IMG/VR virus record: IMGVR_UViG_3300027741_000024
Span: 32,001-96,000 of that record
Length of the DNA: 64,000 bases
Source: a virus
Direction: 5' to 3' (one strand)
The notes under the pieces: generated by a model
What the model saw: only the letters and a program-made list of their open reading frames with translations
Told to the model about the DNA's origin: nothing
The model's database searches: none
Translations under genes and position numbers: made by a program
Part shown: positions 38,461 to 48,098 of the stretch, in pieces
Position numbering within the stretch: the stretch's first letter is position 1
Layout: every line of letters starts with the position of its first letter

Positions 38461-39276
38461 ATGCAAATACAAGTAAATATTGAAGAATTGAGAAAGAACA
38501 AACTGTTCGTGGCAACACCGATGTATGGTGGTATGTCACATGGACTGTATGTGAAATCTTGTCTTGATCTACAAACCGTAATGATGCGTTACGGCATTGA
38601 AGTAAAATTCTCCTTCCTTTTTAACGAATCACTTATCACACGTGCCAGAAATTATTTGGTAGATGAGTTCCTTCGTACAGACTTCACACACATGTTGTTT
38701 ATCGATTCAGACATTCACTTTGATCCGAACGATATCGTAGCACTGATGGCACTTGATAAAGATGTTGTTGGTGGTCCTTACCCTAAGAAATCTATCAACT
38801 GGGGTAACATTGCAGAAACTGCACGTAAGAATCCAGACTTGAATCCCAAAGAACTTGAGAATCTAGTTGGTGAATATGTGTTTAACGTTGTTAAAGGTAC
38901 GCAACAGTTCCAAGTTTCAGAACCATTAGAAGTTATGGAAATTGGTACAGGTCATATGATGATCAAGCGTGAAGTTTTTGATAAGATGGCAATAGAATAT
39001 CCTACCATTCGTTACAAACCAGATCATGTTGGCCAAGCACACTTTGATGGCTCACGTTATATTCATGCTTACTTTGATACTGTAATTGACACCAAAGAGT
39101 CTATTGTTGGTGGTGGTTCAGAACGTTATCTATCAGAAGATTATATGTTCTGTCAAATGTGGCGTAAGATGGGTGGCCAAATCTTCTTGTGTCCTTGGAT
39201 GAAAACACAACACATTGGTACCTATGCATTCACTGGTAACATGCCAGCGGTTGCTCAGTATACTGGTAAGTTGTAA
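38461..39276 (+). CDS. GT-A fold glycosyltransferase-like protein
   Basis: ATPMYGG, ESLITRARN, FIDSD (DxD), GTG.M.I.R, LSEDYMFC. Confidence 0.7.
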   Translation: MQIQVNIEELRKNKLFVATPMYGGMSHGLYVKSCLDLQTVMMRYGIEVKFSFLFNESLITRARNYLVDEFLRTDFTHMLFIDSDIHFDPNDIVALMALDKDVVGGPYPKKSINWGNIAETARKNPDLNPKELENLVGEYVFNVVKGTQQFQVSEPLEVMEIGTGHMMIKREVFDKMAIEYPTIRYKPDHVGQAHFDGSRYIHAYFDTVIDTKESIVGGGSERYLSEDYMFCQMWRKMGGQIFLCPWMKTQHIGTYAFTGNMPAVAQYTGKL

Positions 39277-39617
39277 TGGATAAGGATGCTATCAAGGCAT
39301 CCCAAACAGCAACAACTGGTGGTCGTAAATTTGATGGTGGTAAAATTCGTTATGGTCTTTTACCACCATTAGCACTTAAAGCGACCGCAGATGTTCTGAC
39401 ATTCGGTGCTGAGAAATATGAACCAAACAATTGGAAACATGTTCCAGATTCACTTAACCGATACTTTGATGCAACACAACGACACATGTGGGCATACCAA
39501 GAAGGTGAAGCAATTGATCCTGAATCTGGTAAACATCATCTAGCACATGCAATTTGCTGCTTGATGTTTTTGTATGAACATGATATACTATATTCTGCAA
39601 GTGAAAAACAAACTTAA
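39276..39617 (+). CDS. DUF5664 / dATP-dGTP diphosphohydrolase N-terminal-like protein
   Basis: KFDGGKIRYGLLP, VLTFGAEKY..NNW, RH, DPESG.HHLAHA. Confidence 0.8.
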   Translation: MDKDAIKASQTATTGGRKFDGGKIRYGLLPPLALKATADVLTFGAEKYEPNNWKHVPDSLNRYFDATQRHMWAYQEGEAIDPESGKHHLAHAICCLMFLYEHDILYSASEKQT

Positions 39618-39631
39618 TTATGGAGTAACTG

Positions 39632-40312
39632 ATGAAATTATCAAACAACACATTGGGTGTATTGAAGAACTTCGCTTCAATCAACCAAGGTATGCTTTTC
39701 AAAAAAGGTAAGACTATTCGTACAGTCTCACCTCACAAAAATGTTATGGCAGAAGCAACAATCTCTGAAGAAATTCCAACAGAGTTTGGCGTCTATGACT
39801 TGAACAACTTTCTTTCTATTCTAACTCTTCACAAAGAAGAACCAACAATTGACTTTGAAGATAACAGTGTTCTTATCTCTGGTCTAAAAGGTCGTAGTAA
39901 AATCAAGTATCGCTTCTGTGCTGCGAATATGATTGTTACACCACCAGAAAAACCATTGGCAATGCCTGACCCAGAAATTTCTTTTGAACTTTCAGCAGAA
40001 GATTTTGATTGGATCATGAGAACTGCAAATGTATTATCATCACCTCAAATTGCTGTTGAGTCTGACGGAGAAAAGATATTCATTACAACATTTGATTCTA
40101 CAAATGATGCTGCACACACAGAATCATTAGAGATCAGTAAAGGTAATGGAAACAAATATCGTATGATATTTAAAACAGAAAATCTGAAATTAATTTCTGG
40201 TGGTTATATGGTTAAAATATCTTCCAAGAATGTTTCTCATTTTAAACATGCAACATCCGATGTTCAGTATTGGATTGCAAATGAAACTGGTTCAACTTTC
40301 ACAAAGGCTTAA
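39632..40312 (+). CDS. gp45: Sliding clamp gp45
   Basis: MKLS..TL.VLKNFASIN, FGVYDLNNFL, YWIA.E. Confidence 0.94.
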   Translation: MKLSNNTLGVLKNFASINQGMLFKKGKTIRTVSPHKNVMAEATISEEIPTEFGVYDLNNFLSILTLHKEEPTIDFEDNSVLISGLKGRSKIKYRFCAANMIVTPPEKPLAMPDPEISFELSAEDFDWIMRTANVLSSPQIAVESDGEKIFITTFDSTNDAAHTESLEISKGNGNKYRMIFKTENLKLISGGYMVKISSKNVSHFKHATSDVQYWIANETGSTFTKA

Positions 40313-40314
40313 TC

Positions 40315-40530
40315 ATGGCAATGAAAATGTTTACAAATGCATCACCATCTTTTGATGGTGAATCCATTGCTATCAATTCGGATATTGTGGCATCAGTATT
40401 TGAATTGATTCAACCCGATGCAGATGCTAAACTACAAATGCGTACAGTTATTTTTGGTGTCAATGGTACTGATTGGCACGTGAAAGAACCATACCTTGAA
40501 GTAGTTGCAACATTGAACCAAAAAGACTGA
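40315..40530 (+). CDS. Small hypothetical protein, possibly FlbD/SwrD-like
   Basis: G..I.IN.D.V..V.E...T.I...NG....VKE...EV pattern. Confidence 0.4.
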   Translation: MAMKMFTNASPSFDGESIAINSDIVASVFELIQPDADAKLQMRTVIFGVNGTDWHVKEPYLEVVATLNQKD

Positions 40531-40567
40531 TTGTTATTTTATATTATGATTTATGTGAAAGGTTTTC

Positions 40568-41500
40568 ATGGAACATCTTCTATGGACAGAACGTTACAGA
40601 CCTCAGACAGTGGAAGATTGTATTCTGCCAGAACGATTGAAAGTACCATTTCAGGAGTACGTCAATCAAAAGCAGATACCAAATCTTCTACTGACTGGTG
40701 GAGCGGGTGTAGGCAAGACCACGATAGCCAAGGCGATGTGCAACGAAATCGGTTGCGATTACATGGTGATCAATGGTTCTGATGAATCAGGTATTGATGT
40801 ATTCCGTAACAAGATAAAAAACTATGCATCATCAATGTCATTGGCTGGTGGCCGTAAGGTCATCATCATTGATGAAGCAGACTATCTAAATCCAAACTCA
40901 ACACAACCAGCACTTCGTAATGCGATTGAAGAGTTTGCAGGCAACTGTTCATTCATATTCACTTGTAACTTCAAAAACCGTATCATTGATCCACTACATT
41001 CACGATGTGCAGTGATTGATTTTGGTATGAAGAATGGTGAGAAACAAAAGATGGCAGGATCATTCTTTAAGCGTATTCAATCCATACTTGAATCTGAAAA
41101 AGTTGAATATGATGCGAAAGTAATTGCTGAACTTGTTAAGAAATATTTTCCAGATTTTCGTCGTGTCATTAATGAACTACAACGATACTCTCAACTTGGT
41201 AAGATTGATGTAGGTATTCTTGCACAGATTGGTGATATATCCATTACACAGATTGTAAAGTTTATGAAAGACAAAGACTTTACTGCTGTTCGTAAATGGG
41301 TTGCAACAACTGAAATTGATCCTGCAACTTTCTATCGTAAATTATATGATAGTCTATACGATATACTAAAACCTGCCAGTATTCCTGGTGTCGTTATAGT
41401 TCTTGCAGACTATCAATATAAACAGGCATTCGTTGCTGACCAAGAAATCAATTTGGTTGCTTGTTTGACCGAAATTATGGCAAATGGTGAATTTGTATGA
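40568..41500 (+). CDS. gp44: Clamp loader large subunit gp44
   Basis: LWTERYRP, GGAGVGKTT, IIDEAD, LHSRC. Confidence 0.96.
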   Translation: MEHLLWTERYRPQTVEDCILPERLKVPFQEYVNQKQIPNLLLTGGAGVGKTTIAKAMCNEIGCDYMVINGSDESGIDVFRNKIKNYASSMSLAGGRKVIIIDEADYLNPNSTQPALRNAIEEFAGNCSFIFTCNFKNRIIDPLHSRCAVIDFGMKNGEKQKMAGSFFKRIQSILESEKVEYDAKVIAELVKKYFPDFRRVINELQRYSQLGKIDVGILAQIGDISITQIVKFMKDKDFTAVRKWVATTEIDPATFYRKLYDSLYDILKPASIPGVVIVLADYQYKQAFVADQEINLVACLTEIMANGEFV

Positions 41501-42123
41501 TAAATCTTTTGCAATGTAGTTCGGAAAGAGTTCCAACCTTATTTGAATACGATCATGATTTTGTAACTCAATATTTAATAGACAATGTTAATTGGAATTT
41601 GGTATTTTCAGTTATGATTTCATTAAAAAGAAAATATAATACTGGAGCTGAAACATTTATTAAAGCGGATATTGTTGGTGAAGCAATCGAACAGGCTTCG
41701 AATAATAAATTGAAGTATGTTAATGAAGTTGGTTGCGATTTTTATATACCAGAGTTAGATGTCAAAGTAGAAATGAAATCTTCTAATTCAAATATATTTC
41801 CAGAAACAGGTAAAAGATTTACTACAACGATGAAGTTGAAAAATTTTCGTAGTTTAAAAGTAATAGATATTTCCAAAATAAAAAAAACATTTGACTATTT
41901 GTTGATGGTTGAACCTCTAAGATGTGGTATTGTTTCTTATGAAAAAATTGTACCATACTTTCAATTATATTCTGACGGTATAGGTACAGTAGTTGATGTA
42001 GATGACATACAATTTATAAAGGAAGTATACTCTGTGAAAACAACCGACATTCTTTTGTTTGATAGATATGAACAGATGAAAAAACAGATTATACAAGATG
42101 TAAAGGATAATTTGTATGAGTAA
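41497..42123 (+). CDS. Putative PD-(D/E)xK endonuclease inserted between gp44 and gp62
   Basis: E...GCDF.....VKVEMKS motif; AT-rich; interrupts a normally adjacent gene pair. Confidence 0.5.
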   Translation: MINLLQCSSERVPTLFEYDHDFVTQYLIDNVNWNLVFSVMISLKRKYNTGAETFIKADIVGEAIEQASNNKLKYVNEVGCDFYIPELDVKVEMKSSNSNIFPETGKRFTTTMKLKNFRSLKVIDISKIKKTFDYLLMVEPLRCGIVSYEKIVPYFQLYSDGIGTVVDVDDIQFIKEVYSVKTTDILLFDRYEQMKKQIIQDVKDNLYE

Positions 42124-42502
42124 TCCATTTGATTACGTCAACCAGATTCTTCAAGGTAAGAAACAACTAATTGTAGATGAAATAACCGAGAAAGATTATG
42201 TACCTTTCTTGGTCAACCGGTCTCTTTCCTACCAGAAGGATTGTGTTCTATTTGCAAACGAGATGAACCAACGTCACCATTTAGACAAAAAGATGCAGAA
42301 TGACTTTTTACTAAATACTGTAAGGTCTATGAAAAGACCATTTGCGAAGTGGGCAAAGTCGGAAAAAGATGATGATATAGCATGTGTCAAAATGGTCTAC
42401 GGACTCTCCGACAGCAAGGCACGTGATGCCCTGCGTCTACTAACCAAAGAGCAAATCCAACAACTAAAAAAAGAAACCTTAACAGGTGGGTTAGGAAAAT
42501 GA
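42116..42502 (+). CDS. gp62: Clamp loader small subunit gp62
   Basis: YVPFLVNRSLS, ANEMN, KRPFAKW, GG tail. Confidence 0.92.
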   Translation: MSNPFDYVNQILQGKKQLIVDEITEKDYVPFLVNRSLSYQKDCVLFANEMNQRHHLDKKMQNDFLLNTVRSMKRPFAKWAKSEKDDDIACVKMVYGLSDSKARDALRLLTKEQIQQLKKETLTGGLGK

Positions 42503-42503
42503 C

Positions 42504-42908
42504 ATGGTTGATATATCTAAATTTGTTGAGGTCACCTTAGTAGAACAGGATGACTTCCTGAAAGTTCGTGAGACACTAACGAGAATTGGTGTGTCCTCAC
42601 GAAAAGAAAAGGTATTGTATCAATCTTGCCACATATTGCATAAGCAAGGTAAGTATTACATTACACATTTCAAAGAACTGTTTGCATTAGATGGTAAGTT
42701 GTCTACGATTACTGAAAATGATATACAAAGACGCAACGCTATTGCCAATTTATTAGAAGAGTGGGGGTTGCTAAAGATTGTTGACTATGATATTATAGAA
42801 CATAATATGGCACCAATACATCAGATCAAGATCATTGCTTTCAAAGAGAAAGATGAGTGGGAACTGATCGCTAAATATAACATAGGTAAAAAGAAGTCTG
42901 ATTACTAA
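42504..42908 (+). CDS. regA: Translational repressor RegA
   Basis: DDFLKVRETLTRIG, LYQSCHILHKQGKYYI.HFKELFALDG. Confidence 0.96.
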   Translation: MVDISKFVEVTLVEQDDFLKVRETLTRIGVSSRKEKVLYQSCHILHKQGKYYITHFKELFALDGKLSTITENDIQRRNAIANLLEEWGLLKIVDYDIIEHNMAPIHQIKIIAFKEKDEWELIAKYNIGKKKSDY

Positions 42909-42922
42909 TATGGTGAATCATC

Positions 42923-43105
42923 ATGCACAAAGCGAAAAACAATTTGGTCAAACTTGTAAATAAGTATACCAAAGAAGAAGTATTTACTAGAGATTACGAT
43001 GATGTGATTAGAGAAGGCGCCAATGAATTCGTTCGGGTCTTTACTCAATCAAATCCTCAAAGAACTTATCTTGTCAATCGCACAGCATTTGAGATTGACA
43101 AGTAA
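42923..43105 (+). CDS. Small hypothetical protein
   Basis: 60-aa ORF between regA and hsp20. Confidence 0.5.
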   Translation: MHKAKNNLVKLVNKYTKEEVFTRDYDDVIREGANEFVRVFTQSNPQRTYLVNRTAFEIDK

Positions 43106-43107
43106 GT

Positions 43108-43161
43108 CGTGATGCCTTCGGGGTCACGTATTTTAACTTGCTTAATAAGGAGAAAACTATG
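43108..43161 (+). promoter_or_regulatory. Structured hsp20 5' UTR: UUCG hairpin plus ROSE-like SD-sequestering hairpin
   Basis: cgtgatgcc-ttcg-gggtcacg; cttgctt-aat-aaggag with bulged G. Confidence 0.6.
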
Positions 43162-43635
43162 ACTATTACTGGTCGATTTGGTCCAACTATTTTACATCAA
43201 ACATTGGGCTTTGAAAACTTCATTCGTGATGTAGAAGCAATTCTAAATGACACTAAACCCGTAAGTAATTTTCCACCACATAATATCATCAAAGCAGATG
43301 AGAATAAGTATGTGGTAGAACTTGCAGTTGCAGGTTTTGCAAAAGATGAAATTGATATTCAAGTACAAGAAGGTAACTTGACTATCAGAGGTGAGAAGAA
43401 AGAAGGTACACCAGATATTCAATATCTACATCGTGGTATTGGTAATCGTTCTTTCACTAAAGTAATCACAATCGCAGACACCATTGAAGTGAAAGGTGCT
43501 GAATTCAAAGATGGTATTCTACGTATTGGACTTGAGAACATCATTCCAGAACACAAGAAACCACGCAAGATTGAAATTGGTAATGATTTAAAAGAGTTTA
43601 AGCCACAACTTCTCCAAGAAAAAGAAGCGGCATAA
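43159..43635 (+). CDS. hsp20: Small heat-shock protein Hsp20 (IbpA-like)
   Basis: FPPHNI, ELAVAGF, YLHRGI..RSF, A.FKDGIL.I.L, PRKIEI; ATG 43159 after AAGGAG. Confidence 0.95.
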   Translation: MTITGRFGPTILHQTLGFENFIRDVEAILNDTKPVSNFPPHNIIKADENKYVVELAVAGFAKDEIDIQVQEGNLTIRGEKKEGTPDIQYLHRGIGNRSFTKVITIADTIEVKGAEFKDGILRIGLENIIPEHKKPRKIEIGNDLKEFKPQLLQEKEAA

Positions 43636-43637
43636 AC

Positions 43638-43662
43638 AGTGGGGCTTTATGCCCCACTTATT
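43638..43662 (+). terminator. Hairpin, probable terminator or stabiliser after hsp20
   Basis: agtggggc-tttat-gccccact; weak U tail. Confidence 0.55.
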
Positions 43663-43674
43663 GAAAGGTATATA

Positions 43675-44241
43675 ATGGATAGAAATATAGAATCATATCT
43701 AAAAGTTTATCAGGTACTATCTGAAGAAGATTGTATCAAGACAGTCAATGCTCTGGAAGAAAAAGAGAAAGAATTTCAAACGCATCAATTCTACAATGCA
43801 TCTAATAATACACATCATTCCTATGAACATGAACTTTCAGTAGCATATTCTCAAATTGAAACTAAAGATTTAATCATGAAAGAGATGTGGAATACTTTAA
43901 AAAAGTATTTGGCTGACTTAGATATGAAAGGTTGGTTTGTAAGTTGGAATGGATATTCTGAAGTACGTTTCAATCGTTATCGTACTGATACACAAATGAA
44001 ACTTCATTGCGATCATATTCATTCCATGTTTGATGGACAACGCAAAGGTATTCCAACACTCTCAATCTTAGGTTCTTTGAACAATGATTATGAAGGTGGC
44101 GAACTTGTATTTTGGGATGATACAACTGTTGAATTAAAAGCAGGTGAGATTATGATTTTTCCTTCTAATTTTTTATATCCACATGAGGTCAAACTGGTAA
44201 CAGAAGGTACCAGATACTCATATGTTTCTTGGGCATGGTAA
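43675..44241 (+). CDS. 2OG-Fe(II) oxygenase (prolyl-4-hydroxylase-like)
   Basis: HCD, LNNDYEGGEL, FPSNFLYPHEV..V..GTRYS. Confidence 0.9.
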   Translation: MDRNIESYLKVYQVLSEEDCIKTVNALEEKEKEFQTHQFYNASNNTHHSYEHELSVAYSQIETKDLIMKEMWNTLKKYLADLDMKGWFVSWNGYSEVRFNRYRTDTQMKLHCDHIHSMFDGQRKGIPTLSILGSLNNDYEGGELVFWDDTTVELKAGEIMIFPSNFLYPHEVKLVTEGTRYSYVSWAW

Positions 44242-44408
44242 TGAAACCTAATTCAAACTTTAAAATGACAAAACCATTAAAGGTCCTGTTGGCCAACATG
44301 GAACCTGAATACAAAAAAATCTATCGTGATGCTATGATATCAGCAATCATTGCACCAAAGGTTGATTTCAAAAAGAAGAAAAAAGAGAATGCGGCAGAAG
44401 AATCTTAA
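44241..44408 (+). CDS. Small basic hypothetical protein (55 aa), missing from the ORF track
   Basis: TAATG overlap; MKPNSNFKMTKPLK...KKKKKENAAEES*. Confidence 0.55.
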   Translation: MKPNSNFKMTKPLKVLLANMEPEYKKIYRDAMISAIIAPKVDFKKKKKENAAEES

Positions 44409-44473
44409 TTCTGAAATAATCGCCAGAGAAATTGTCCAAACGCCTTACGTGAAGTGAATACTTACTTTTAATT

Positions 44474-44983
44474 ATGAAAACTAAATTTATACAAGCACAC
44501 ATGAAAGCGGCAGAGGTTTATGCCGAGTTATCATCAGCAACTAGACTTCACGTAGGTTGCGTAGTGGTAAAAGACAATACCATCATTGGTATTGGATATA
44601 ACGGTATGCCATCAGGTTGGAACAATACTTGCGAAGTGGTGATATACGTTCTCAAAGAAGAATGTTATAAAACTGACTTGGAAATGAGAGAACTTGGTTA
44701 TACCGAAACTGTTCATGGTTGGGTAAAATATAAAACTAAACCGGAGGTACTTCATGCTGAAACAAATGCTTTAGCCAAGATTGCACGTTCTACCAATTCT
44801 TCCGAAGGCGCATCACTGTTCGTTACTCACGAACCTTGTTTAGATTGTGCTAAAATCATACATCAAGCAGGAATCAAAGAAGTGTATTACCGTAACGACT
44901 ATCCACGTGCCAACGGAGGTAAACAATTTCTAAAAAACTGCGGTATAGATGTATATAAACTTGACAAAGAATCAGAGTCTTGA
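44474..44983 (+). CDS. cd: dCMP deaminase
   Basis: GYNG, HAETNA, PCLDC. Confidence 0.92.
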   Translation: MKTKFIQAHMKAAEVYAELSSATRLHVGCVVVKDNTIIGIGYNGMPSGWNNTCEVVIYVLKEECYKTDLEMRELGYTETVHGWVKYKTKPEVLHAETNALAKIARSTNSSEGASLFVTHEPCLDCAKIIHQAGIKEVYYRNDYPRANGGKQFLKNCGIDVYKLDKESES

Positions 44984-44989
44984 TATACT
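44961..44989 (+). promoter_or_regulatory. sigma70-type promoter upstream of the gp43 operon
   Basis: TTGACA-17-TATACT with TG. Confidence 0.75.
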
Positions 44990-45018
44990 GTTTATAGTCT
45001 CAATTTTATGGAGTTAAT

Positions 45019-45249
45019 ATGAGTGTCACAACAAGAGTAGCAAAACAAATCGCAGAAACAAATCCAAAATATCCTAGAGCATATAAGTATGATGTTGTCT
45101 ATCGTGAGTTTGACAACATGGTTGAGTTGATCGGTCTTGTTGACGATCCTACATATGACATCACTGACTTCCGTGGTCGTGAGATGTTGTTTCCTAAAAA
45201 ATGGGTGACACTTGATGTCCTTGAAACTTCTATGAGGGTAGCAGCATGA
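45019..45249 (+). CDS. Hypothetical protein
   Basis: GGAG RBS; coupled to the next ORF. Confidence 0.55.
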   Translation: MSVTTRVAKQIAETNPKYPRAYKYDVVYREFDNMVELIGLVDDPTYDITDFRGREMLFPKKWVTLDVLETSMRVAA

Positions 45250-45554
45250 GTAATATCAAACTAATCACATTTAACACACAACAAACAATCATCGCAGAAA
45301 TTATTGAAGAAGATGATCTTGATTTGTTAGTAAAGAATCCAGTTCAAGTAATTGCTGTTCCACCACGCAATGCTAGTGATCAAGGTGGTGTTGGATTTGC
45401 ACCATATCTTGCTTACACTGAAGAGTTTGATAAAGGAATTCACATCAAACATGACAATGTGTTTTGTGTCACAACTCCAGTCAGTGATCTGCTAGAACAA
45501 TATCGTAAAATGTTTAGTCGTATTGAAATTGCACCTGCTGGTCTAAAACTATGA
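45246..45554 (+). CDS. Hypothetical Sm-like protein preceding gp43
   Basis: IKLI......IIAE...KNP...GFAPY...P...L.EQY..MF. Confidence 0.55.
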   Translation: MSNIKLITFNTQQTIIAEIIEEDDLDLLVKNPVQVIAVPPRNASDQGGVGFAPYLAYTEEFDKGIHIKHDNVFCVTTPVSDLLEQYRKMFSRIEIAPAGLKL

Positions 45555-45566
45555 TACAATAATTAA

Positions 45567-48098
45567 ATGTCAAAATATTACACCAATGTTGCCGTACATG
45601 GCAATCACATATTGTTTCGTGGTGTAAACAACGGTCGGAGAGTTAAAGGCAAAGTGCCATACTCTCCGACTTTGTTTTTACAGTCTAACAAATCCACCGA
45701 ATGGCGTTCATTGTTTAATGAACCATTGGAGGCTATGAAATTTGAAACCATCAGAGAGGCAAGAGACTTTGTTAAACGTTATGAAGAAGTTTCAAACTTT
45801 AAAATCTATGGTAATACAAGGTATGAATACGCATTCATTGCTGACAACCATAGAGGTATCATTGATTGGGATATTTCTGATCTATCAGTTACAATAATTG
45901 ATATTGAAGTTGGTTCAGATAATGGTTTTCCTGATCCATATAAAGCAAATGAACCAATCACTGCCATTGCGATTCACCAATTGAATGGTGGCACTACAGT
46001 CTATGGTTGTGGTGAGTATAAAGTTCAAGGTGAAGAAATCTATATTAAATGTAAAGATGAAATTGATCTATGTAAAAAGTTTCTTACTGATTGGTCTGAT
46101 AATTGTCCTGACGTTGTAACTGGTTGGAATACAAAGTTCTTCGATATACCTTATATTGTTAATCGTTTGACACGTGTACTTGGTGAAGATAGTGTTAAGA
46201 AACTATCGCCTTGGGGTGTGTATTCTGAACGTAAAACAGTTTTCAAAGGCAGAGAACAAACTGTTTATGATATTGTCGGTGTTGCTGCACTTGATTACAT
46301 GGAACTATACCAATGGTATGCACCAGGCGGTAAGTCACAAGAATCATATCGGCTGGATAATATTGCACAAGTAGAACTTGGTGAAGGTAAGATTGCATAT
46401 GATGACTATGACAACCTGCACCAACTTTATAAACAGAACTATCAGTTGTTTATTGAGTATAACATTAAAGATGTACATTTGATTCTGAAGATGGAAGATA
46501 AGTTGAAGTTGATTGAATTGGCTTTGACTCTTGCATATGATACCAAGTGTAACTATGATGATGTATTTGCACAAACAAGAATGTGGGATGCACTGATCTA
46601 TTCCTATCTACTTAATAAAAAGATAATTGTACCGCCACGCCGTATCAGTAAGAAATCTGAAGCCTTTGAGGGTGCATATGTTAAAGACCCGCAAGTAGGT
46701 TTACATAATTGGGTTGCATCATTCGATTTGAACTCTTTGTATCCGCATTTGATGATTCAATACAATATTTCACCAGAAACGTTGGTTGATATAGACGATT
46801 ACACCGATGAAATGAGAGAAGTAATTTCTAACGGTGTTTCAGTTGATGACTTGTTAATGAAACAGGTAGATACTTCCGGGCTTACTAATGTTACATTGAC
46901 ACCTAATGGTCAATTTTTCCGTACTGATGAACAAGGTTTTCTTCCTACGATGATGGAAGAAATGTATGAAGATCGTAAGAAGTTTAAGAAGTTGATGTTG
47001 AAGTCTCAACAAGACTATGAAGATGAAAGTGATCCAAAGAAAAAATATGAAATAGAGAAATTGATTGCACGATATAATAATCTTCAGTTAGCAAAGAAAG
47101 TTTCATTGAACTCTGCTTATGGTGCGATGGGTTCACAGTATTTCCGATTCTATGATTTGAGACAGGCACTTGCAGTTACCTCTGCTGGTCAGTTGTCTAT
47201 TCGTTGGATTGAAAACAAACTAAACGAATATCTAAACAAACTACTGAAAACTGAAAAAGATTATGTTATCGCCTCTGATACAGATTCAATTTATCTCAAT
47301 CTTGGTCCTTTGGTTAATAGTGTCTACAAAAAAGGAAAAGAAACTTCAGCAATTATCTCCTTCATGGATAAGGTCTGTGAAGATAAAATTCAACCGTTTA
47401 TTGATGAGAGTTATAAAGAACTTTCTGACTATGTACATGCGTATGACCAAAAAATGATTATGAAACGTGAAGGTCTTTCAGATAAAGGTATCTGGACTGC
47501 CAAGAAACGTTACATTCTCAACGTGTACAATAATGAAGGTGTTCAGTATAATGAACCTCACCTTAAAGTTATGGGTCTTGAGATGATCAAATCATCTACA
47601 CCTGCACCTGTTCGTGAGAAAATGCGCCAACTGATTAAGTTGTTGATGATTGCTGAAGAATCAGATATTCAAGAGTTTATTGCCAACTTTAAAGAAGAGT
47701 TTAAAACTTTACCTGTAGAAGAAGTTTCTTTTCCACGTGGTCTTAATGGTCTGAAAGAATATTCAGATTCAAAAACATTATATAAAAAAGGCACACCTAT
47801 TCATGTTAAAGGTGCAATTCTATATAATCATTTTCTAAATGAAAAGAAACTGACTACAAAGTATCAGTTGATTCGTGAAGGTGAAAAATTAAAATTCACG
47901 TATCTCAAATCACCTAATCCATTTAAAGATACAGTAGTTTCTTTTCCAACACGATTACCAAAAGAGTTTGGTCTGCAAGAATATATTGATTACGATACTC
48001 AGTTTGATAAAACCTTTTTAGAACCCGTTAAAGTTATTCTTGATTGTGTTGGTTGGCGAGCTGAGAAACAATCTACATTGGAGAGTTTTTTTGGATGA
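45567..48098 (+). CDS. gp43: Family B DNA polymerase gp43
   Basis: DIEV exonuclease motif, FDLNSLYP, K..LNSAYG, DTDS, KKRY. Confidence 0.98.
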   Translation: MSKYYTNVAVHGNHILFRGVNNGRRVKGKVPYSPTLFLQSNKSTEWRSLFNEPLEAMKFETIREARDFVKRYEEVSNFKIYGNTRYEYAFIADNHRGIIDWDISDLSVTIIDIEVGSDNGFPDPYKANEPITAIAIHQLNGGTTVYGCGEYKVQGEEIYIKCKDEIDLCKKFLTDWSDNCPDVVTGWNTKFFDIPYIVNRLTRVLGEDSVKKLSPWGVYSERKTVFKGREQTVYDIVGVAALDYMELYQWYAPGGKSQESYRLDNIAQVELGEGKIAYDDYDNLHQLYKQNYQLFIEYNIKDVHLILKMEDKLKLIELALTLAYDTKCNYDDVFAQTRMWDALIYSYLLNKKIIVPPRRISKKSEAFEGAYVKDPQVGLHNWVASFDLNSLYPHLMIQYNISPETLVDIDDYTDEMREVISNGVSVDDLLMKQVDTSGLTNVTLTPNGQFFRTDEQGFLPTMMEEMYEDRKKFKKLMLKSQQDYEDESDPKKKYEIEKLIARYNNLQLAKKVSLNSAYGAMGSQYFRFYDLRQALAVTSAGQLSIRWIENKLNEYLNKLLKTEKDYVIASDTDSIYLNLGPLVNSVYKKGKETSAIISFMDKVCEDKIQPFIDESYKELSDYVHAYDQKMIMKREGLSDKGIWTAKKRYILNVYNNEGVQYNEPHLKVMGLEMIKSSTPAPVREKMRQLIKLLMIAEESDIQEFIANFKEEFKTLPVEEVSFPRGLNGLKEYSDSKTLYKKGTPIHVKGAILYNHFLNEKKLTTKYQLIREGEKLKFTYLKSPNPFKDTVVSFPTRLPKEFGLQEYIDYDTQFDKTFLEPVKVILDCVGWRAEKQSTLESFFG

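Noticed and set aside
43095-43123. TTGACA upstream of hsp20 as a sigma70 promoter
   Set aside because: No acceptable -10 at 16-18 nt spacing
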